This document shows positions 62,076 to 64,000 of a stretch of DNA of 64,000 bases, piece by piece. Position 1 is the first letter of the stretch. Each line of letters starts with the position of its first letter. This DNA comes from Amphiscolops sp. MND2022. Taxonomy: Eukaryota. Made by a program: the position numbers and the translations under genes. A model generated the notes under the pieces. The model was given only the letters and a program-made list of their open reading frames with translations. It was not told where the DNA came from and made no database searches. Where the stretch lies: assembly GCA_964187785.1 (NCBI GenBank), contig OZ076409.1, positions 68,636,001-68,700,000 of the forward strand, in the 5' to 3' direction.

Positions 62076-62416
62076 ACCTAAGTTACAAAAATCACAACTC
62101 TAGCAAAATTCATACAAGAATTCTTCTAAGATCTTGTAAGAAAATGCATTTTTAGAATCTTTCATTTTTTTTGCATTTTCTGCTTCAAAAAATTTTGGTC
62201 GAAATAACACATCACATTTTTTGCAAGAACTTCTTGCGAAAAAAAATGCATTTTTTGCAAAAATGTTATCAGAATCTTGTAAGAAATGATCGACATTGTA
62301 ACAAATTTGCAAAATTTGCGATTCTTGTACAAACTTGTCAGGTTCTTGTAAGAAATGCAAAGTTGACAAGAATTTCGGAAGAATTTTGCAAGATTTGTAA
62401 TTCTTGTAACCTAGGG
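62076..62416. mobile_element. piggyBac-like MITE
   Basis: CCTAAGTTACAAAAATCACAA / TTGTAATTCTTGTAACCTAGGG followed by TTAA; interior made of decayed TTCTTGCAAGAA palindromic units; left TSD degenerate. Confidence 0.6.
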
Positions 62417-64000
62417 TTAATAGGGAAAAAATCAAACATTGTTTGAAGAATATAGGACGCAATACATCAATTTGTCAAGATGATGCATCTGGGGAATTTT
62501 TTGAACAGTGGGCTGTCTTTCTAATAACAGAATGCTTTTGATAAAAAAACTCGGTGGCTGTGAATTTGGATCGGATTCTTTGTATAGAATATACTATTCA
62601 AACAAACAGATGTGATAATTACAGCAGAGACTCAGTGGCACTTTGATATTTTTCGTATGCTGTTAGAAGAGGGATTTAGGAACAAACTGAACGCATCAAT
62701 AGTTTGACAAAGAAAAGGTGACAGAATAATCTCAACTAAAACTACTTCAACAGATCTGAAAACAATTTCGTGCATAAAGCATTCTAAAAACAATATCGAA
62801 ACAAGTACTTCTACCACATTCTCCTTGGTGAAACCTGATTGAAACGAAACGTCAGTAATTTGATTTTTGAATGGTTCAAATTGAACAGCCTGGGAAAATC
62901 GACGCCCCGCTCAAAGCTCGAAAAGAATATATGTTTAAATGAATATGTTCGAAAACTATTATTGAGAAAACACTCATCAATCCCACACAATCAAACTATG
63001 CGGGCGCCCAGTTGTTTCAACTGCAAACATCGAAAAACTAAAACTTGTGGGAACGAAACATTTATTCAAAAACTTTTTTTCATCAAAAAGCTTTGGGAAA
63101 GTTGTCCAGGACTGAAAACATAAAAAAAATCAAAAGGTGACGCTTTGGTTAAATTTTCAAACGTCAAACAATACCACAGCATTCATAGGGGACCCTTTGG
63201 ACTCGTCAAATTGTTTTCGAACCCACTGACAACTGTTTCCCAGAAACATTGGCTAACCACTACGCTAAGTGAAAGTACAATCCAGAATGCATCCAATAGT
63301 TTCAGGTTCAAATTAATGGAAAAACTTTTTTGAGAAAAAAAAGGCCGGCAAAAACAACACAGTACTGTCTTATGCCATGAAGGGGACTCTTTGATCTCCT
63401 GGTTTGACGTAAAAAAAGACTGAATTGAATTTTAAGAATTGACTCTTCATTCAAAACTCGAAGCTTATTTGGGAAACAATTTTCAGGAATTTTACTACAA
63501 GACCTAGTAACTAGCGAAAATGTTGCAGCGATATTGTCTTTTCTTTCACAACCTACAGAGAAGTACTGAAACAATTAGCTCAGCAGAATAAAATTTTCGA
63601 AATAAAAAGGCAAAAATTGAGAATTGTTTCGGCCAGAAATTTGGATTTTCTATCCTAACAGCAAAATCCAACACATAACACACAACCCACAACACACCCT
63701 TTGATAGTTGGGTTGAGTGGTTGGCTTAATAGCTTATCTACATTTGGCATGTGTGGTCTTTTCTTTATATCACTCTCATTTAGTTTCCAAGCGTCTTACG
63801 CAATTTTCACCGATTTATCATATTTAACAGTAATGCCTACCGGGGATATGAAAACGTCTTCTTCGATTGTTTCTAGTCTCTTTTTCCAAACGGTATGGTG
63901 TCGGTCTGGCGTTTTGTTGTATTCGGTAACATCCCTGCTTTACTTATTTTTTCCTTTCAGTATTTGGATAGTGTGGTTCAATTCGAGAAGTTCTGGAATT

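Overview
AT-rich eukaryotic DNA, most likely an invertebrate animal genome; no prokaryotic operons, rRNA, intact tRNA genes or CRISPR arrays. The only host genes are three co-oriented DEG/ENaC-family ion-channel paralogues (9573-11144; 25492-27490; 58436-60855) with 0, 1 and 2 coding introns, all at different positions. Both introns of the third paralogue have terminal inverted repeats and one uses a GC donor, so they look like introner-type transposon-derived introns. The rest is a dense, nested set of mobile elements. The largest is a complete but mutationally decayed 13.8 kb Polinton/Maverick endogenous virus (41560-55408; AGTAGT TIRs; perfect 6-bp TSD GTAACG) encoding pPolB, integrase, protease, major and minor capsids, two A32-like ATPases and a protein VI-like peptide. 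It sits inside a Helentron-type HINE, which itself splits an old Gypsy relic. Also present: a full-length decayed Gypsy element with both LTRs and a 5-bp TSD inside another HINE, the 5' half of another LTR element with a ~3.8 kb repeat-rich leader, a CR1/L2-like LINE, two Tc1/mariner elements, Mutator- and piggyBac-like MITEs, a 5x210-bp tandem array and two long perfect palindromes. All calls come from reading the sequence and ORF track by eye; no database searches were run.
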